Source: an uncultured Chloroflexia bacterium (lineage in GTDB: Bacteria; Chloroflexota; Limnocylindria; QHBO01). From it: a stretch of DNA of 64,000 nucleotides. Below are positions 35,757-45,990 of this stretch, in pieces (within the stretch, counting starts at the first letter, position 1; each line of letters starts with the position of its first letter). The notes under the pieces are model-generated. The model was given only the letters and a program-made list of their open reading frames with translations. It had not been told where the DNA came from and did not search any database. Location: NCBI GenBank assembly GCA_963773695.1, contig CAVZCE010000001.1, positions 205,702 through 269,701 of the forward strand, read 5' to 3'. Position numbers and translations under genes: made by a program.

Positions 35757-37058
35757 TCAGGCCGGCCCGGCCTCGAAGGCGCCGGCCCAGGTGGGCTCCC
35801 GCGGACCGGCGGCGTACCGCGCGGGGTCGAACGGGTCGAGCGGAAGCGTTCGCGCGGCTCCGTCGACGATGAGCTCGGCGAGGAGCTGTCCGAGGATGGG
35901 CGTGTACGGCAGCCCGTGCCCCGTCAGCCCGCACACGAGGTAGCCGCCCGGCACCGCTGTCCCGTTCGCCGCGGGCAGCGCGCCCGCCATGGGGATCTCG
36001 AGGGCGGCGAAGTCCAGGAGGCCGGCCCAGCTGCGGACCACGCGGGCATCGCGCAGCGCCGGATGGAAGCGGCCCAGGAGCGTCGCCAGCCGCGGCGGGA
36101 TGCGGCGGCGCACGGCCATGGAGTACGAGCCGATGCCCATCCCCTCGTCGGCGGCGGCGAACCCGCCCACGAGCACCTCGCCGGTGGGCTCCTGGCGCCA
36201 GTACTCGTTGCACAGGTTCGTCTCGAAGCCCTGGTGGAGGATCCGGGGCAGCCGCTCGGTGACGAGCACGTGCTCGCGGATCGGCGTCAGGTTCGGCGCG
36301 ATGGCCGGGACGAGCCACGGCGTCCACGCGTTCGCGGCAAGGAGCACGGCGCCCGCTGAGACGCTGCCGTGCGAGGTCTCCACGCCGGAGACCCGGCCCC
36401 CGCGCGCAGTGACCCGCTCGACGCGGACCCCGGTGACGATGCGCCCGCCGCGCGCCGCGACCTCCTCGAGGAGCCCGTACACGAGCTTGAACGGGTTGAG
36501 CTGCCCGTCGCCCGGGGTCCACTTCGCCCCCCGCACCGTCGCGGGATCGAGGGCCGGCGCCAGCTCCGCGACGGCAGCGCGGTCCAGCATCCGCACCTCC
36601 AGGCCGGCGGCCGTTTCCTCGGCCGCGAGAGCGCGTGCCTGGGTCTCCTCGGCCTCGCTCGTGAGCAGGTCCAGCGAGCCACAGCGCTCCCACTCGATGC
36701 CGCCGGGGACGGTTCCGTCGAGCGATTCGAAAAGGTCCAGGGAGCGGCGCGTGTAGTCGACGATCGACCCGGCGCCCGCCTCTCTGACGAGCCGGTCGAC
36801 ACGACCGAAGTGGCCTCCCAGCCCGGCCAGCGCGAGTCCGCAGAGCCGGCCGGAGGCGCCGGAGGCCGGGGAGTTCGCCTCGATGACCAGCGGACGGACG
36901 CCGGCGCGGGCGAGGTGCCAGGCCGCGAACGCTCCGCTGAAGCCCGCGCCCACCACGACGACCTCGGCGGTGGGCGGCAGCGCGCTCCGGGGATCGGCGC
37001 GGAAGGGGACCGGCTCCGGAGGCGGCCGGAGAGGGTCCCTGCCCTGGTCGGCGTTCAT
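35757..37058 (-). CDS. FAD-dependent oxidoreductase (DAO family; glycine/D-amino-acid oxidase-like)
   Basis: VVVVGAGFSGAFAAWHLARAG is the Rossmann GxGxxG motif, and the DAO-type C-terminus is GHGLPYTPILG. Alternative upstream starts exist at 37085 and 37106. Confidence 0.7.
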   Translation of the reverse strand: MNADQGRDPLRPPPEPVPFRADPRSALPPTAEVVVVGAGFSGAFAAWHLARAGVRPLVIEANSPASGASGRLCGLALAGLGGHFGRVDRLVREAGAGSIVDYTRRSLDLFESLDGTVPGGIEWERCGSLDLLTSEAEETQARALAAEETAAGLEVRMLDRAAVAELAPALDPATVRGAKWTPGDGQLNPFKLVYGLLEEVAARGGRIVTGVRVERVTARGGRVSGVETSHGSVSAGAVLLAANAWTPWLVPAIAPNLTPIREHVLVTERLPRILHQGFETNLCNEYWRQEPTGEVLVGGFAAADEGMGIGSYSMAVRRRIPPRLATLLGRFHPALRDARVVRSWAGLLDFAALEIPMAGALPAANGTAVPGGYLVCGLTGHGLPYTPILGQLLAELIVDGAARTLPLDPFDPARYAAGPREPTWAGAFEAGPA

Positions 37059-37083
37059 GGGAGGCCGAGTGTACCCTCGTGGC

Positions 37084-38070
37084 ATGCCGCGACCGCTCGA
37101 GATCACCTTCAGCGCCGGGGAGGTCGCGCTCGCCGGGGAGCTGCTCCTGCCCGACGCCGATCCGCCCCCCGACCGGCGCGGACGGTACCCCTGGGTCCTG
37201 CTCGTTGCGAGCTGGCTGCCCAGGGACCGCGACGGCGCCTTCGACCGCCGCCGCCACCCTGGCTGGTTCGCCCCGAATCCGATGCCGACCGCCCATCCGG
37301 GGCTGCTCGCCCGGCTGGCAGCCGCCCTCGCCGGGCACGGCGTCGCCTCGTTCCGCTACGACATGCGCGGGTGCGGGACCTCCGGGGGCGACTGGGCGGC
37401 GAGCGACCTCTTCACCCGCATCGACGATGCGCGCGACGCCCTGGGCGCCATGCGCGGCCGCCGGGAGCTCGACCTCGCCCGAACCGGGATCGCGGGGCAC
37501 GGCGAGGGCGTCGCCATCGCCCTTTCGGTCGCCATCGCCGATCCGGCGATCAGCGCGCTGATGCTCCTGGCGCCGGCGGCGCGCACGCCGCGGGACGGGC
37601 TGCGGCGGGGCATCGCGGAGCGCGCGCGGACCGGCGTCGACCGCGAGCACCCGATCGTCGCCGCCCTGGACCGTGCGGGCGAGGAGCTGATCGAGCGGGT
37701 TGCGCGGCACGAGCCGGAGATGACGCTGCGCCTCGGGGGCGGTGCGCCATCGGTCTCGCTCAACCTGGCGGCCTGGGAGCAGTCGTTCGCCACCCCGCCG
37801 ATGGCGCTGGCGACCATGCTCCATCGGTCCGTCGCGCTCGTCCACGGCAGCGCGGATGCCTGGAGCGACCCCGACGAGTCGCGGCTCCTGGCGGGCGTCC
37901 TCCGCTCGGCGGGCAACGAGCCCGGCCTGCAGATCGTGGAGGGCGCCGGTCACGACCTCGTCGAGGCGTCCGATGCGGTGATCGACGGGATCGCCGCCGG
38001 CCTCGCCGCCAGGATCCAGGCGCGCTCCCTCCCCCCGGTCCTCCTCGCGCTGGAGGAGTCCGAACCCTGA
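37084..38070 (+). CDS. Alpha/beta-hydrolase fold protein
   Basis: The GHGEG nucleophile-elbow-like motif (IAGHGEGVAIAL) and a C-terminal GAGHDL are present. It is transcribed divergently from the oxidoreductase. Confidence 0.6.
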   Translation: MPRPLEITFSAGEVALAGELLLPDADPPPDRRGRYPWVLLVASWLPRDRDGAFDRRRHPGWFAPNPMPTAHPGLLARLAAALAGHGVASFRYDMRGCGTSGGDWAASDLFTRIDDARDALGAMRGRRELDLARTGIAGHGEGVAIALSVAIADPAISALMLLAPAARTPRDGLRRGIAERARTGVDREHPIVAALDRAGEELIERVARHEPEMTLRLGGGAPSVSLNLAAWEQSFATPPMALATMLHRSVALVHGSADAWSDPDESRLLAGVLRSAGNEPGLQIVEGAGHDLVEASDAVIDGIAAGLAARIQARSLPPVLLALEESEP

Positions 38071-38085
38071 CGCTACGATGCGCGA

Positions 38086-38553
38086 ATGACCAGACCGAAT
38101 CCCGGCGACCCCGCTCCGAGCTTCAGCATGACCAGTGACGAGGGCGATGAGGTCTCGAACGAGAGCCTCGCCGGCCGGCGCTACGTCCTCTACTTCTACC
38201 CGAAGGACGACACGCCCGGCTGCACCACGCAGGCGTGTGGCCTGCGCGACGGCTGGGACCGGATGGCGGGGACAGGGGTCACCCTCTACGGCGTCTCGCC
38301 CGATTCGGTGGACAGCCATCGGAAGTTCCGCGACAAGTACGCCCTGCCGTACCCGCTCCTCGCCGATGCCGGGCACCGCACGGCCGACGCCTACGGCGTC
38401 TGGATCGAGAAGTCGCGGTACGGACGCACGTACATGGGGAACGAGCGGACGACCTTCGTGGTCGGCCCGGACGGCCGTGTGGAGCACGTCCTGCCCCGGG
38501 TCAAGCCGGAGGAGCACCTCGACCAGCTGCTGGACGTCCTGGGGGCGGCGTGA
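38086..38553 (+). CDS. bcp: Thiol peroxidase / peroxiredoxin Bcp
   Basis: YVLYFYPKDDTPGCTTQACGLRD is the canonical Bcp active site (PxDxTxxCxxxxC). Confidence 0.85.
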   Translation: MTRPNPGDPAPSFSMTSDEGDEVSNESLAGRRYVLYFYPKDDTPGCTTQACGLRDGWDRMAGTGVTLYGVSPDSVDSHRKFRDKYALPYPLLADAGHRTADAYGVWIEKSRYGRTYMGNERTTFVVGPDGRVEHVLPRVKPEEHLDQLLDVLGAA

Positions 38554-38699
38554 CCTGGATCGGGGCGGCCGTTGCGCTCGCCGCGTGGCTGGCGGGACTG
38601 CTGCTCGGGCTGGGCGCCACCGCGAACCTGCTCCTCGTGGCGGCCGCCGTCCTGCTCGTCGCCCAGGCCGTCACCCGGCGCGGGCGGCGTGCGAGCTGA
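38550..38699 (+). CDS. Possible small hydrophobic membrane peptide (49 aa)
   Basis: GTG overlapping the bcp stop encodes VTWIGAAVALAAWLAGLLLGLGATANLLLVAAAVLLVAQAVTRRGRRAS. The call rests only on hydrophobicity and coding bias. Confidence 0.3.
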   Translation: MTWIGAAVALAAWLAGLLLGLGATANLLLVAAAVLLVAQAVTRRGRRAS

Positions 38700-38774
38700 T
38701 CGGAGATGGCACGCAACGTGCGTTCCCTCGAGGTCCAGCACGCCTGCCGGTGTGCATAGGAAGGAGGAACTCGA

Positions 38775-38921
38775 ATGCTCTGGGCGCTCATCGTCGTCCT
38801 GCTCGTGCTCTGGCTGCTGGGCCTGATCGGCAACATCGCCGCGGGATTCATCCACATCCTGCTGGTCCTCGCCCTGGTGGTCCTGCTCTTCCAGCTCCTC
38901 GCTGGACGCCGCGCCGCCTAG
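38775..38921 (+). CDS. Small membrane protein of the lmo0937/DUF5670-like family (48 aa)
   Basis: MLWALIVVLLVLWLLGLIGNIAAGFIHILLVLALVVLLFQLLAGRRAA, with a strong GGAAGGAGGAA RBS 5 nt upstream. It falls below the ORF-track cutoff. Confidence 0.6.
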   Translation: MLWALIVVLLVLWLLGLIGNIAAGFIHILLVLALVVLLFQLLAGRRAA

Positions 38922-38951
38922 GCTTCTTCTCCGCTTCCGACCCGATGTGAC

Positions 38952-38972
38952 GAGCCGCCTCCCGGGCGGCTC
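38952..38972 (+). terminator. Perfect hairpin GAGCCGCC-TCCCG-GGCGGCTC 30 bp after the small membrane protein gene; candidate terminator with no U-tract
   Basis: An 8-bp perfect stem is seen directly in the sequence. Confidence 0.35.
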
Positions 38973-39037
38973 GCTCCGCGTGTCCTCGCGACAGCCGAGC
39001 TGTCACGCCGATCGGCTACCCTTCGGACCGATCGCGC

Positions 39038-40129
39038 ATGAAGCTCCTGCATTTCGCCGACCTGCACCTTGACGCCCCGTTCGCGTGGGCGCGACCGGAG
39101 ACGGCGCTCGTCCGGCGGCGCAACCGGCGCGAGACCCTCACGCGGATCCTTCGCACCGCGGCGGAGGAGCACGTCGACGCCGTCCTCTGCGCCGGTGACC
39201 TCTTCGAGCACGACCGGGTCACGCCGGCGACCGTCGAGTTCCTGCGGTCGAGCTTCGCCGATGCCGGCGTCCCCGTGTACCTCGCGCCCGGCAACCACGA
39301 CTGGCTCTCGCCCACCAGCCCCTATGCGCTCGCGGAGTGGAGCCCCAACGTCCACATCTTTCGAGCCGCGCGGCTCGAGCCGCTGGCCCTCGCCGACGGC
39401 CTCACGCTGTGGGGCGCGGCCCACCGGGCGCCGGCGAACACCGACGGGTTCTTCACGGGGTTCCGCCCGGACCGCGACGGCGTCCATCTCGCGCTCGCGC
39501 ACGCTTCGGAGCGCGGCGCGCTCGGCTGGCAGGAGAGTGGCAAGCAGCCGCACGCCCCGTTCGAGCCCGGGGAGCTGGAGACGGCGGGGATCGCCCACGC
39601 ATTCCTCGGCCACTACCACCTGCCGCGCGACGCGGATCGCTACACGTACCCGGGCAACCCCGACCCGCTCGAGTTCGGCGAGACCGGTGATCGCGGGGCG
39701 GTCATCGCGGAGGTGATGCCGGACGGCTCGGTACGCCGCGAGCGCCGCGCGGTCGCGGTGAGCGAGGTGCACGACCTCACCGTCGCGCTCGACGGCGCCG
39801 CGCACATGGACGAGGTGGAGGCCGCCATCGGGGCGGCGTCCGCCGGGCTGCACGGCTGCATCCGGGTGACCCTGGTGGGAGAGGTTGCGCCCACCCTCGA
39901 GCTCGACCGGCGAGAGCTCGCCCGCATCGCCGCGGGTGCCGGGGACCTCGTGCTCCGGGTCGGTTCGGTGCGGACCGGCTACGCCCTCGAGGAGATCGAG
40001 CGCGAAACCACCGTGCGAGGCCAGTTCGTGCGGGCGGCCGCGGGCATCGAGGACGCGGAGCTGCGGCGTCGCGTCATCCTCACCGGGCTGCGGGCACTGG
40101 AAGGGCGCCCGGACCTGGAGGTGGCCTGA
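39038..40129 (+). CDS. Metallophosphoesterase DNA-repair exonuclease (SbcD/Mre11-like, YhaO-type)
   Basis: MKLLHFADLHLD, AVLCAGDLFEH, LAPGNHD and GHYH are the calcineurin-like phosphoesterase motifs I-IV. Confidence 0.75.
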   Translation: MKLLHFADLHLDAPFAWARPETALVRRRNRRETLTRILRTAAEEHVDAVLCAGDLFEHDRVTPATVEFLRSSFADAGVPVYLAPGNHDWLSPTSPYALAEWSPNVHIFRAARLEPLALADGLTLWGAAHRAPANTDGFFTGFRPDRDGVHLALAHASERGALGWQESGKQPHAPFEPGELETAGIAHAFLGHYHLPRDADRYTYPGNPDPLEFGETGDRGAVIAEVMPDGSVRRERRAVAVSEVHDLTVALDGAAHMDEVEAAIGAASAGLHGCIRVTLVGEVAPTLELDRRELARIAAGAGDLVLRVGSVRTGYALEEIERETTVRGQFVRAAAGIEDAELRRRVILTGLRALEGRPDLEVA

Positions 40130-40130
40130 G

Positions 40131-42980
40131 ATGCGCATCCGCCGGGTCGTCGCCCATGCCTTCGGCCCCTTCGTGGAGGAGGCCCTCGAGCTCGCGGAGG
40201 GCATGACGGTCGTGGCCGGGCCGAACGAGGCCGGCAAGTCGAGCTGGCACGCGGCGACGCGACTGGCCCTCACCGGCCTGCGCCGCGGCCGCGGTCGCAC
40301 GACGAAGGAGGATGCCGCGCTGGCGGAGCGGCATCGGCCGTGGGACAACCCGGATCGGTGGGAGGTGGAGGCCCGCCTGGACCTCGATGACGGCCGGACG
40401 ATCGATATCAACCAGGACCTGGCAGGCAAGGTTGCCTGCCGCGCCGTCGACGTGGCACTCGGGCGCGACGTCTCCGACGAGATCCTCGACGGCACCCCGG
40501 ATGCGTCGCGCTGGCTCGGGCTGGACCGGGACGCCTTTGCCACGACGGTCTCCGTGAACCAGGCGGAGATCATGGCCGTCGCGGAGGCCGCGGACGCCCT
40601 CCAGGAGCAGATGCAGCGAGCCGCCTCGACGCGCGGCACGGATGCCACCGCCGCGCAGGCCATCGAGCGGCTCACCGACTTCCGGCGCGAGGTCGTGGGG
40701 GCCGACACCATCGCGGCCAAGGGGCCGCTGCGCATGGGCCGCAACCGCCTCGCCGCCGCGACGGAGGCGCTGGCGGTCGCGCGCCAGCGGCACGTGGCGT
40801 ACCTCGACGAGACGCGTCGGACGGAGGAGGCGGAGCGGCGGGTGACGGCCGCCAGGGGGGAGCTCACGCTCGCGGAGGCGGCAGCGGCCCGTCTGCGGGC
40901 CCGTCGGTCGACCGAGCAAGCAGCACGCGCCACCGCGCTCGCGGCCCGGCACCCTGCACCCCCGCCGGCGCTATCCGCGCGCGACGCCGCCGCGGATCTC
41001 GTCGCGTCCGCGATCTCCGGCTGGGAGCGACGTCCGGCCCCGGTCGAGCTCGCCGGCGCCTCCAGCGCCTCGATCACGGAGGAGCTCGCGCGCCTGCCCG
41101 CGGCGCCCGGCGGCCCGCTGCAGCCGGAGCCGGAGCTTCGCGGCCTGCTGGCGGAGCTGGACCGCGCGGAGGAGGCCCTGGGCCTGCTCGCTCCGCAGCA
41201 CGCTCTCCTCGAGGCACCCCCGGACGACCTCGCCGGGCAGGCTGAGCGGATGCGGGCCCTCGCCCGGCGCCTTGCCTCGCCGACCCCGGTGGGTGCCGAG
41301 GCGCTCGAGACGGAGCTGGTGGAGGCGCGCCAGGCGGCCTCCGGCGCCGGGCGACCCGGCATCCTGTCGACCGCCCTCGGGCTGGCTCTCGCGATCGCCG
41401 GCGTGGTGCTCGCGCTCGTGACGGGCCCGCTGATCGGCGGTGCCGCCCTTGTCGCCGGACTCCTGGTGGCGGGCTGGGGATGGATGGCAGGCTCGACCGC
41501 TCGCGCCGCCGACCGACGGGTGGCGGCTGCCGAGGCGGCTCTCGCGCCGTACCGCATTGCCCTGGAGCGCTCGGCCGATGATCGCCGCGCCGCCGCGAGG
41601 GAGGCGCGTCAGGCAGGGTGGCCGGACGATGCGGCAGCGCTGGATGCCCTCGCGGATCGAACCCACGAGATGGTCCGCGACGCCGCGCGCGATCTCTCCC
41701 TCGCGGCGGAGGAGCGGGCGCGGCGGGCCAGCGTGGAGGCGCGCCGGGACGATGCGGCCCGCCGTCTCACCCGGGCGCTTGCCGAACATGGCATCGCGGG
41801 GCACCCGGATGCCCGCGCCGCGTGGTCCGCGTACGAGGCGTCGTGCTCCGAGCGCGCGCGGCAGGCCGCGGAGGCCGCGCAGGCCGAACCCCTGCGGCGC
41901 GCGCTCGCGTCCCGCCGCGCCGCGGAGGAGACGGCCGCGGGGGTCCGCCGGGCCATCGACGCGGCCCGCGCCGGGCTCGTCCAGGCGGCGGAGGCGGCCG
42001 GCGTCGCGCCGAACCCGGATCCGGGGCGCCTGGTGGAGGAGCTTCGTGCATGGCAGGCCGCTCGCGCCGCATCGATGACGACGAACCAGCGGGCGATCGA
42101 GGAGTGGCGCGAGCTCACGAGCCTGCTCGACGGCCGCACCCTGGATGCGATCCGGGAGGAGGCCCGCGAGCGCGCACGGGAGGCGGACCAGCGGGCGCGT
42201 GGGCTCGACGACGCAGAGATCGATCACCTTGCCGGCCGGCCGGACCTGGAGAGCGTGGTGGCGGACCGGCGACGGGCGACGGCGGAGGTGGAGCGCGTCG
42301 CGCACGCCCTTCGGGGCGGCCTCGATGTCCTCGCCATCGGCGTGCCCGACGTCGCCGCCGCCGAGGAGGCGGTGGAGTCGGCGACCGCGGAGCTCGCGCG
42401 CGTGCAGGCACTGGCCACGACCATCGACGAGACCCTCCGCCTCCTGCGCGAAGCACAGGACCGCGTGCATCGCGACCTCGCGCCGGTCCTCGCGCAGGCC
42501 GTGGGGCGATGGCTGCCGGTCGTGAGCGGCGGCGCCTACGTGGAGGTGAGCGTCGATCCGGCGAACCTGGCGGTGACCGTCAAGGAGGCAGCCACGGGGC
42601 TGTGGCGGCAGGCGCGGCTCCTCTCCGCCGGGACCCGGGAGCAGATCTACCTGCTGCTGCGCGTTGCGATGGCGCAGCACCTGGTCACGACCGGGGAGAC
42701 GGCACCGCTCCTGCTCGACGAGGTCACCGCCCAGGCGGACCCGGAGCGTCGGGCCGGGCTGTTGCGCGTGCTCCACGAGCTCAGCCGGGAGCGGCAGGTG
42801 ATCCTCTTCAGCCACGACGAGGCCGTGGCGGCATGGGCCGAGCGGAGCCTTGCCGCACCGCGCGACTGCCTCGTCCGCCTGGCCGGCAGGACGGCGCGGG
42901 CGAGCGGATCGGGGGCCGATGGCGGTCATCCAGGCGAGATGGCGGACCCGCGCCCCACGACGCTGACGCTCTCCGCCTGA
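40131..42980 (+). CDS. SbcC/Rad50-like AAA ATPase (YhaN-type) with a long coiled-coil region
   Basis: The N-terminal Walker A is GPNEAGKSS. An Ala/Arg/Glu-rich coiled coil follows. The C-terminal Walker B / D-loop is LLLDEVTAQADPERR...VILFSHD. Its ATG lies 1 nt after the sbcD-like stop. Confidence 0.75.
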   Translation: MRIRRVVAHAFGPFVEEALELAEGMTVVAGPNEAGKSSWHAATRLALTGLRRGRGRTTKEDAALAERHRPWDNPDRWEVEARLDLDDGRTIDINQDLAGKVACRAVDVALGRDVSDEILDGTPDASRWLGLDRDAFATTVSVNQAEIMAVAEAADALQEQMQRAASTRGTDATAAQAIERLTDFRREVVGADTIAAKGPLRMGRNRLAAATEALAVARQRHVAYLDETRRTEEAERRVTAARGELTLAEAAAARLRARRSTEQAARATALAARHPAPPPALSARDAAADLVASAISGWERRPAPVELAGASSASITEELARLPAAPGGPLQPEPELRGLLAELDRAEEALGLLAPQHALLEAPPDDLAGQAERMRALARRLASPTPVGAEALETELVEARQAASGAGRPGILSTALGLALAIAGVVLALVTGPLIGGAALVAGLLVAGWGWMAGSTARAADRRVAAAEAALAPYRIALERSADDRRAAAREARQAGWPDDAAALDALADRTHEMVRDAARDLSLAAEERARRASVEARRDDAARRLTRALAEHGIAGHPDARAAWSAYEASCSERARQAAEAAQAEPLRRALASRRAAEETAAGVRRAIDAARAGLVQAAEAAGVAPNPDPGRLVEELRAWQAARAASMTTNQRAIEEWRELTSLLDGRTLDAIREEARERAREADQRARGLDDAEIDHLAGRPDLESVVADRRRATAEVERVAHALRGGLDVLAIGVPDVAAAEEAVESATAELARVQALATTIDETLRLLREAQDRVHRDLAPVLAQAVGRWLPVVSGGAYVEVSVDPANLAVTVKEAATGLWRQARLLSAGTREQIYLLLRVAMAQHLVTTGETAPLLLDEVTAQADPERRAGLLRVLHELSRERQVILFSHDEAVAAWAERSLAAPRDCLVRLAGRTARASGSGADGGHPGEMADPRPTTLTLSA

Positions 42981-43091
42981 GGGAGCCGCGAAGGACCATG
43001 GCCGGCGCATCGGCCGGCGGCTGCTAGGATTGCGCAGCCGCAGCGCGCCCGGCCTCTTTCGTGCCGTGCCGGCGGCGAACCGTCTCACCGA

Positions 43092-43817
43092 ATGCAGATG
43101 CCGACTGACCGCCTGCCCACCCCGGACCGCGTCCTCGTGGTCGCCGCTCATCCCGACGACATCGAGTTCGGCGCTGCCGGCACGGTCGCACGCTGGATCG
43201 ACGAAGGCGCCAGGGTGCGCTACCTCCTCGTCACCCGGGGTGACAAGGGCAGCGACGATCCCGACGTGGATCCGGGACGGCTCGCCGCGCAGCGCGAGCG
43301 CGAGCAGCGCCAGGCGGCGGACGAGCTGGGCGTCGAGGGGGTCGACTTCCTCGAGGAGCCGGACGGCCAGGTGGAGGCCAGCCTGCGCCTCCGCGAGCGG
43401 ATCACGTACGCCATCCGCGCCTTCCGGCCGGAGATCGTGATGACCCATGACCCCACGGTCCTCTTCGTGAACAACGAATGGGTCAACCATCCGGATCACC
43501 GCGCGGTGGGCATGGTGACGGTGGACGCCGTCTTCCCCACGGCCCGTGACCCGCTGAACCTCCATGAGCACCTCGACGCCGGCCTCGGACCGTGGAAGGT
43601 GGCGGAGCTCTACCTGTGGAGCACGAACGAGGCGAACCAGCTCGTGGACATCGGCGAGACCCTGGACCGCAAGATCGCGGCGCTGAGCTGCCACGAGAGC
43701 CAGTTCCGCGACTTCGCGGAGACGGAGCGCTGGCTGCGCCGCACCTCCGAGGAGCTCGGTGAGCGCGCCGGCTACCGCGCCGCCGAAGGCTTCCGCAGGG
43801 TGATGCTGGCCCGATGA
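43092..43817 (+). CDS. PIG-L/LmbE-family N-acetylglucosaminyl deacetylase
   Basis: VLVVAAHPDDIEFGAAGT and HPDHRAVG are the PIG-L zinc-binding motifs. Confidence 0.75.
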   Translation: MQMPTDRLPTPDRVLVVAAHPDDIEFGAAGTVARWIDEGARVRYLLVTRGDKGSDDPDVDPGRLAAQREREQRQAADELGVEGVDFLEEPDGQVEASLRLRERITYAIRAFRPEIVMTHDPTVLFVNNEWVNHPDHRAVGMVTVDAVFPTARDPLNLHEHLDAGLGPWKVAELYLWSTNEANQLVDIGETLDRKIAALSCHESQFRDFAETERWLRRTSEELGERAGYRAAEGFRRVMLAR

Positions 43818-45913
43818 CCGGCTGGCGGGGGAGCACACGGGCCCGCGCCCGGGCCGCGGTGCTCGGCACGCTCCTGCTCCTCGCCGCCTGCTCGACGGGC
43901 CCCGCGCCGACGCCATACCCGACCCAGGCGCCGATGCCGCCTGCCGGCCGTGCTTCGAAGGTCGCAGGCGAGTTCCTCGCCGCCTGGCAGGCGGGCAACG
44001 TGGAGGACATGTGGGCCATGCTGGCTCCAGCCGACCGCGCGGCCGTGGGCCACGATCGATTCGTCAGTCTCTATACGGAGTTCGCCGCGCTCGTCCGCCT
44101 CACCAGGCTCACCGCCACCGCCGATCCCGCGGTCCCCACCGCGCTCCCGCCGGAGCCGCTCCCCCCCGACCTGCGGGTGACGCCCGAACCGGTGGCGTCG
44201 GGGACCGCATCGGGGTCGCCGACGGCATCGGCCGCTGCGAGCGCATCGGCCTCTCCGGTCCCATCTGCCTCGGTGGCCGCGTCGCCATCGGCCTCGACAG
44301 CCGGCTCGCCGGCGCCTCCGGTGCTCGCCGGCCCCGTGCCGGCCATGGCGGTGAACGCCCACATCAGCCTGACCACCGACCTCTTCGGCCGGGTTGCGCT
44401 GGATCGGACGATCACGCTCGTCCGCGGTGCCTCCGACTGGCAGGTGCGCTGGAGCCCGGCCTGGCTCTTTCCGGCGCTCGCCGCGGACGGGACCCTGGCG
44501 CTGTCACGCCAGGCCTCCCCGCGCGGCCGGATCGTGGCCGAGGACGGGACCGTATTCGCCATGACCCGCTCGAACGGGATGCGTGTCTACCCGCAGGAGT
44601 ACCTGGCGGGGCAGGCCGTGGGCTACGCCAGCAGGGTCACCGCGGCGGACCTGAGGGGCGGCCTCGCCGCGCGCGGCTACGAGGCGGGGGACTGGGTGGG
44701 CCGCAGCGGCCTCGAGGCGGGCGCGGAGTACCTCCTGCGCGGGACTCCGGGATTCACGCTGTCCGCCGTTCGGCCCGGCCAGGATCCGGTCACCGTCCTC
44801 CAGACGCCCATGACCCCAGGCGCGAATGTCACCATCACCCTGCAGCCCGCCCTCCAGCGCACCGCGGAGTCGGCGATGGCCCGCTATCCGCGGGTCGGAA
44901 GCGCGGCCATCGATCCGCGAAACGGCGACGTGCTGGTCCTCGCCTCGCTGCCGCGGTTCGACCCCAACGCCATGACCCTCGGCACGACCCTCAAGGGGGT
45001 GGCCCTGGCGAAGCCGTCGTCGGCACAGATCGCGGACAAGGCCGTCATCGGCGCGTACCCCGCGGGATCGGACTTCAAGCCGTTCACCCTCGGCGCGGCA
45101 CTGCAGACCGGCACGGTCAAGTCGACGGACACGATGCTCTGCCCGAGCACCTGGACGTACGACGGGTTCCGGTTCAAGAACTGGATGTTCGAGACGCTTC
45201 CCGGCCAACGGACGTGGGTCGACACCATGGCCCTCTCCTGCAACACGACCTACATGCCCCTGAGCATCCGCGTCTACCAGAAGGACAACAGCGCGCTGAC
45301 GGACCTGCTCCACAGCTTCGGGTTCGGGCAGCCCACCGGCATCCCGTTCCTCGCCGAGAGCACCGGCCGCCTCCCGGATGCGGCCTACTACGAGACCCAC
45401 AAGCGCTGGAACGGGAAGATGTCCCCGTACGGGCCTTTCGACCAGATCCAGCTTGCCATCGGCCAGGGAGAGTTCCTGGGCACGCCGCTCCAGCTGGCCA
45501 CCGCCTACGCCGCGTGGGGCAACCGCGGGACCCTCTGGCAGCCGCGGATCGTGGTGCGGGCCACGCTTCCGGACGGGACGGTCGTCTATGACAGCCAGCC
45601 CACCGTCCACACCCGCATCCCCCTGCGCCGGGACGTGATGGACTACGTGGTGAAGACCATGCGCGCCGTGGTCACCTCGCCGCTCGGCACGGCGCACCGA
45701 TCCTTCCTGGGCTTCCCGTACACGGTCGCCGGCAAGAGCGGCACCGCGGAGACCGGCGGCCCGGATCCCGACGCGTGGTTCCCCTCCTTCGCCCCGGTGA
45801 ACGACCCGACCATCGCCGTGGCGGTCGTCGTCGTCACGGTCCCGCTCGGCAACGGCGGCGACTTCGCAGCCCCCATCGTGCGGCGAATCATGGAGACCCA
45901 CTTCAGTCACTGA
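43814..45913 (+). CDS. Penicillin-binding protein 2-type transpeptidase (class B PBP)
   Basis: The motifs are SDFKPF (SxxK), SCNTTY (SxN) and KSGTAE (KSG). There is an N-terminal lipobox/TM, and the ATG overlaps the deacetylase stop as ATGA. Confidence 0.8.
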   Translation: MTGWRGSTRARARAAVLGTLLLLAACSTGPAPTPYPTQAPMPPAGRASKVAGEFLAAWQAGNVEDMWAMLAPADRAAVGHDRFVSLYTEFAALVRLTRLTATADPAVPTALPPEPLPPDLRVTPEPVASGTASGSPTASAAASASASPVPSASVAASPSASTAGSPAPPVLAGPVPAMAVNAHISLTTDLFGRVALDRTITLVRGASDWQVRWSPAWLFPALAADGTLALSRQASPRGRIVAEDGTVFAMTRSNGMRVYPQEYLAGQAVGYASRVTAADLRGGLAARGYEAGDWVGRSGLEAGAEYLLRGTPGFTLSAVRPGQDPVTVLQTPMTPGANVTITLQPALQRTAESAMARYPRVGSAAIDPRNGDVLVLASLPRFDPNAMTLGTTLKGVALAKPSSAQIADKAVIGAYPAGSDFKPFTLGAALQTGTVKSTDTMLCPSTWTYDGFRFKNWMFETLPGQRTWVDTMALSCNTTYMPLSIRVYQKDNSALTDLLHSFGFGQPTGIPFLAESTGRLPDAAYYETHKRWNGKMSPYGPFDQIQLAIGQGEFLGTPLQLATAYAAWGNRGTLWQPRIVVRATLPDGTVVYDSQPTVHTRIPLRRDVMDYVVKTMRAVVTSPLGTAHRSFLGFPYTVAGKSGTAETGGPDPDAWFPSFAPVNDPTIAVAVVVVTVPLGNGGDFAAPIVRRIMETHFSH

Positions 45914-45990
45914 CACCGGCGGCAACCGCCCATCCGGGACCGATGGTGGCCGCCCGGCGACCTGTGGCCGCATCTGGATGTGCGAATTCT

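Noticed and set aside
33310-38517. A 1735-aa minus-strand ORF, and similar very long ORFs (10911..13241, 13042..14643, 40971..43916, 44504..48112, 4576..6357, 23313..25541, 6883..8094)
   Set aside because: These are Arg/Pro/Gly/Ala-rich translations with no domain signatures. They lie antisense to, or out of frame with, well-supported genes whose frames show strong GC3 bias. They are typical open-frame artefacts of very GC-rich DNA.
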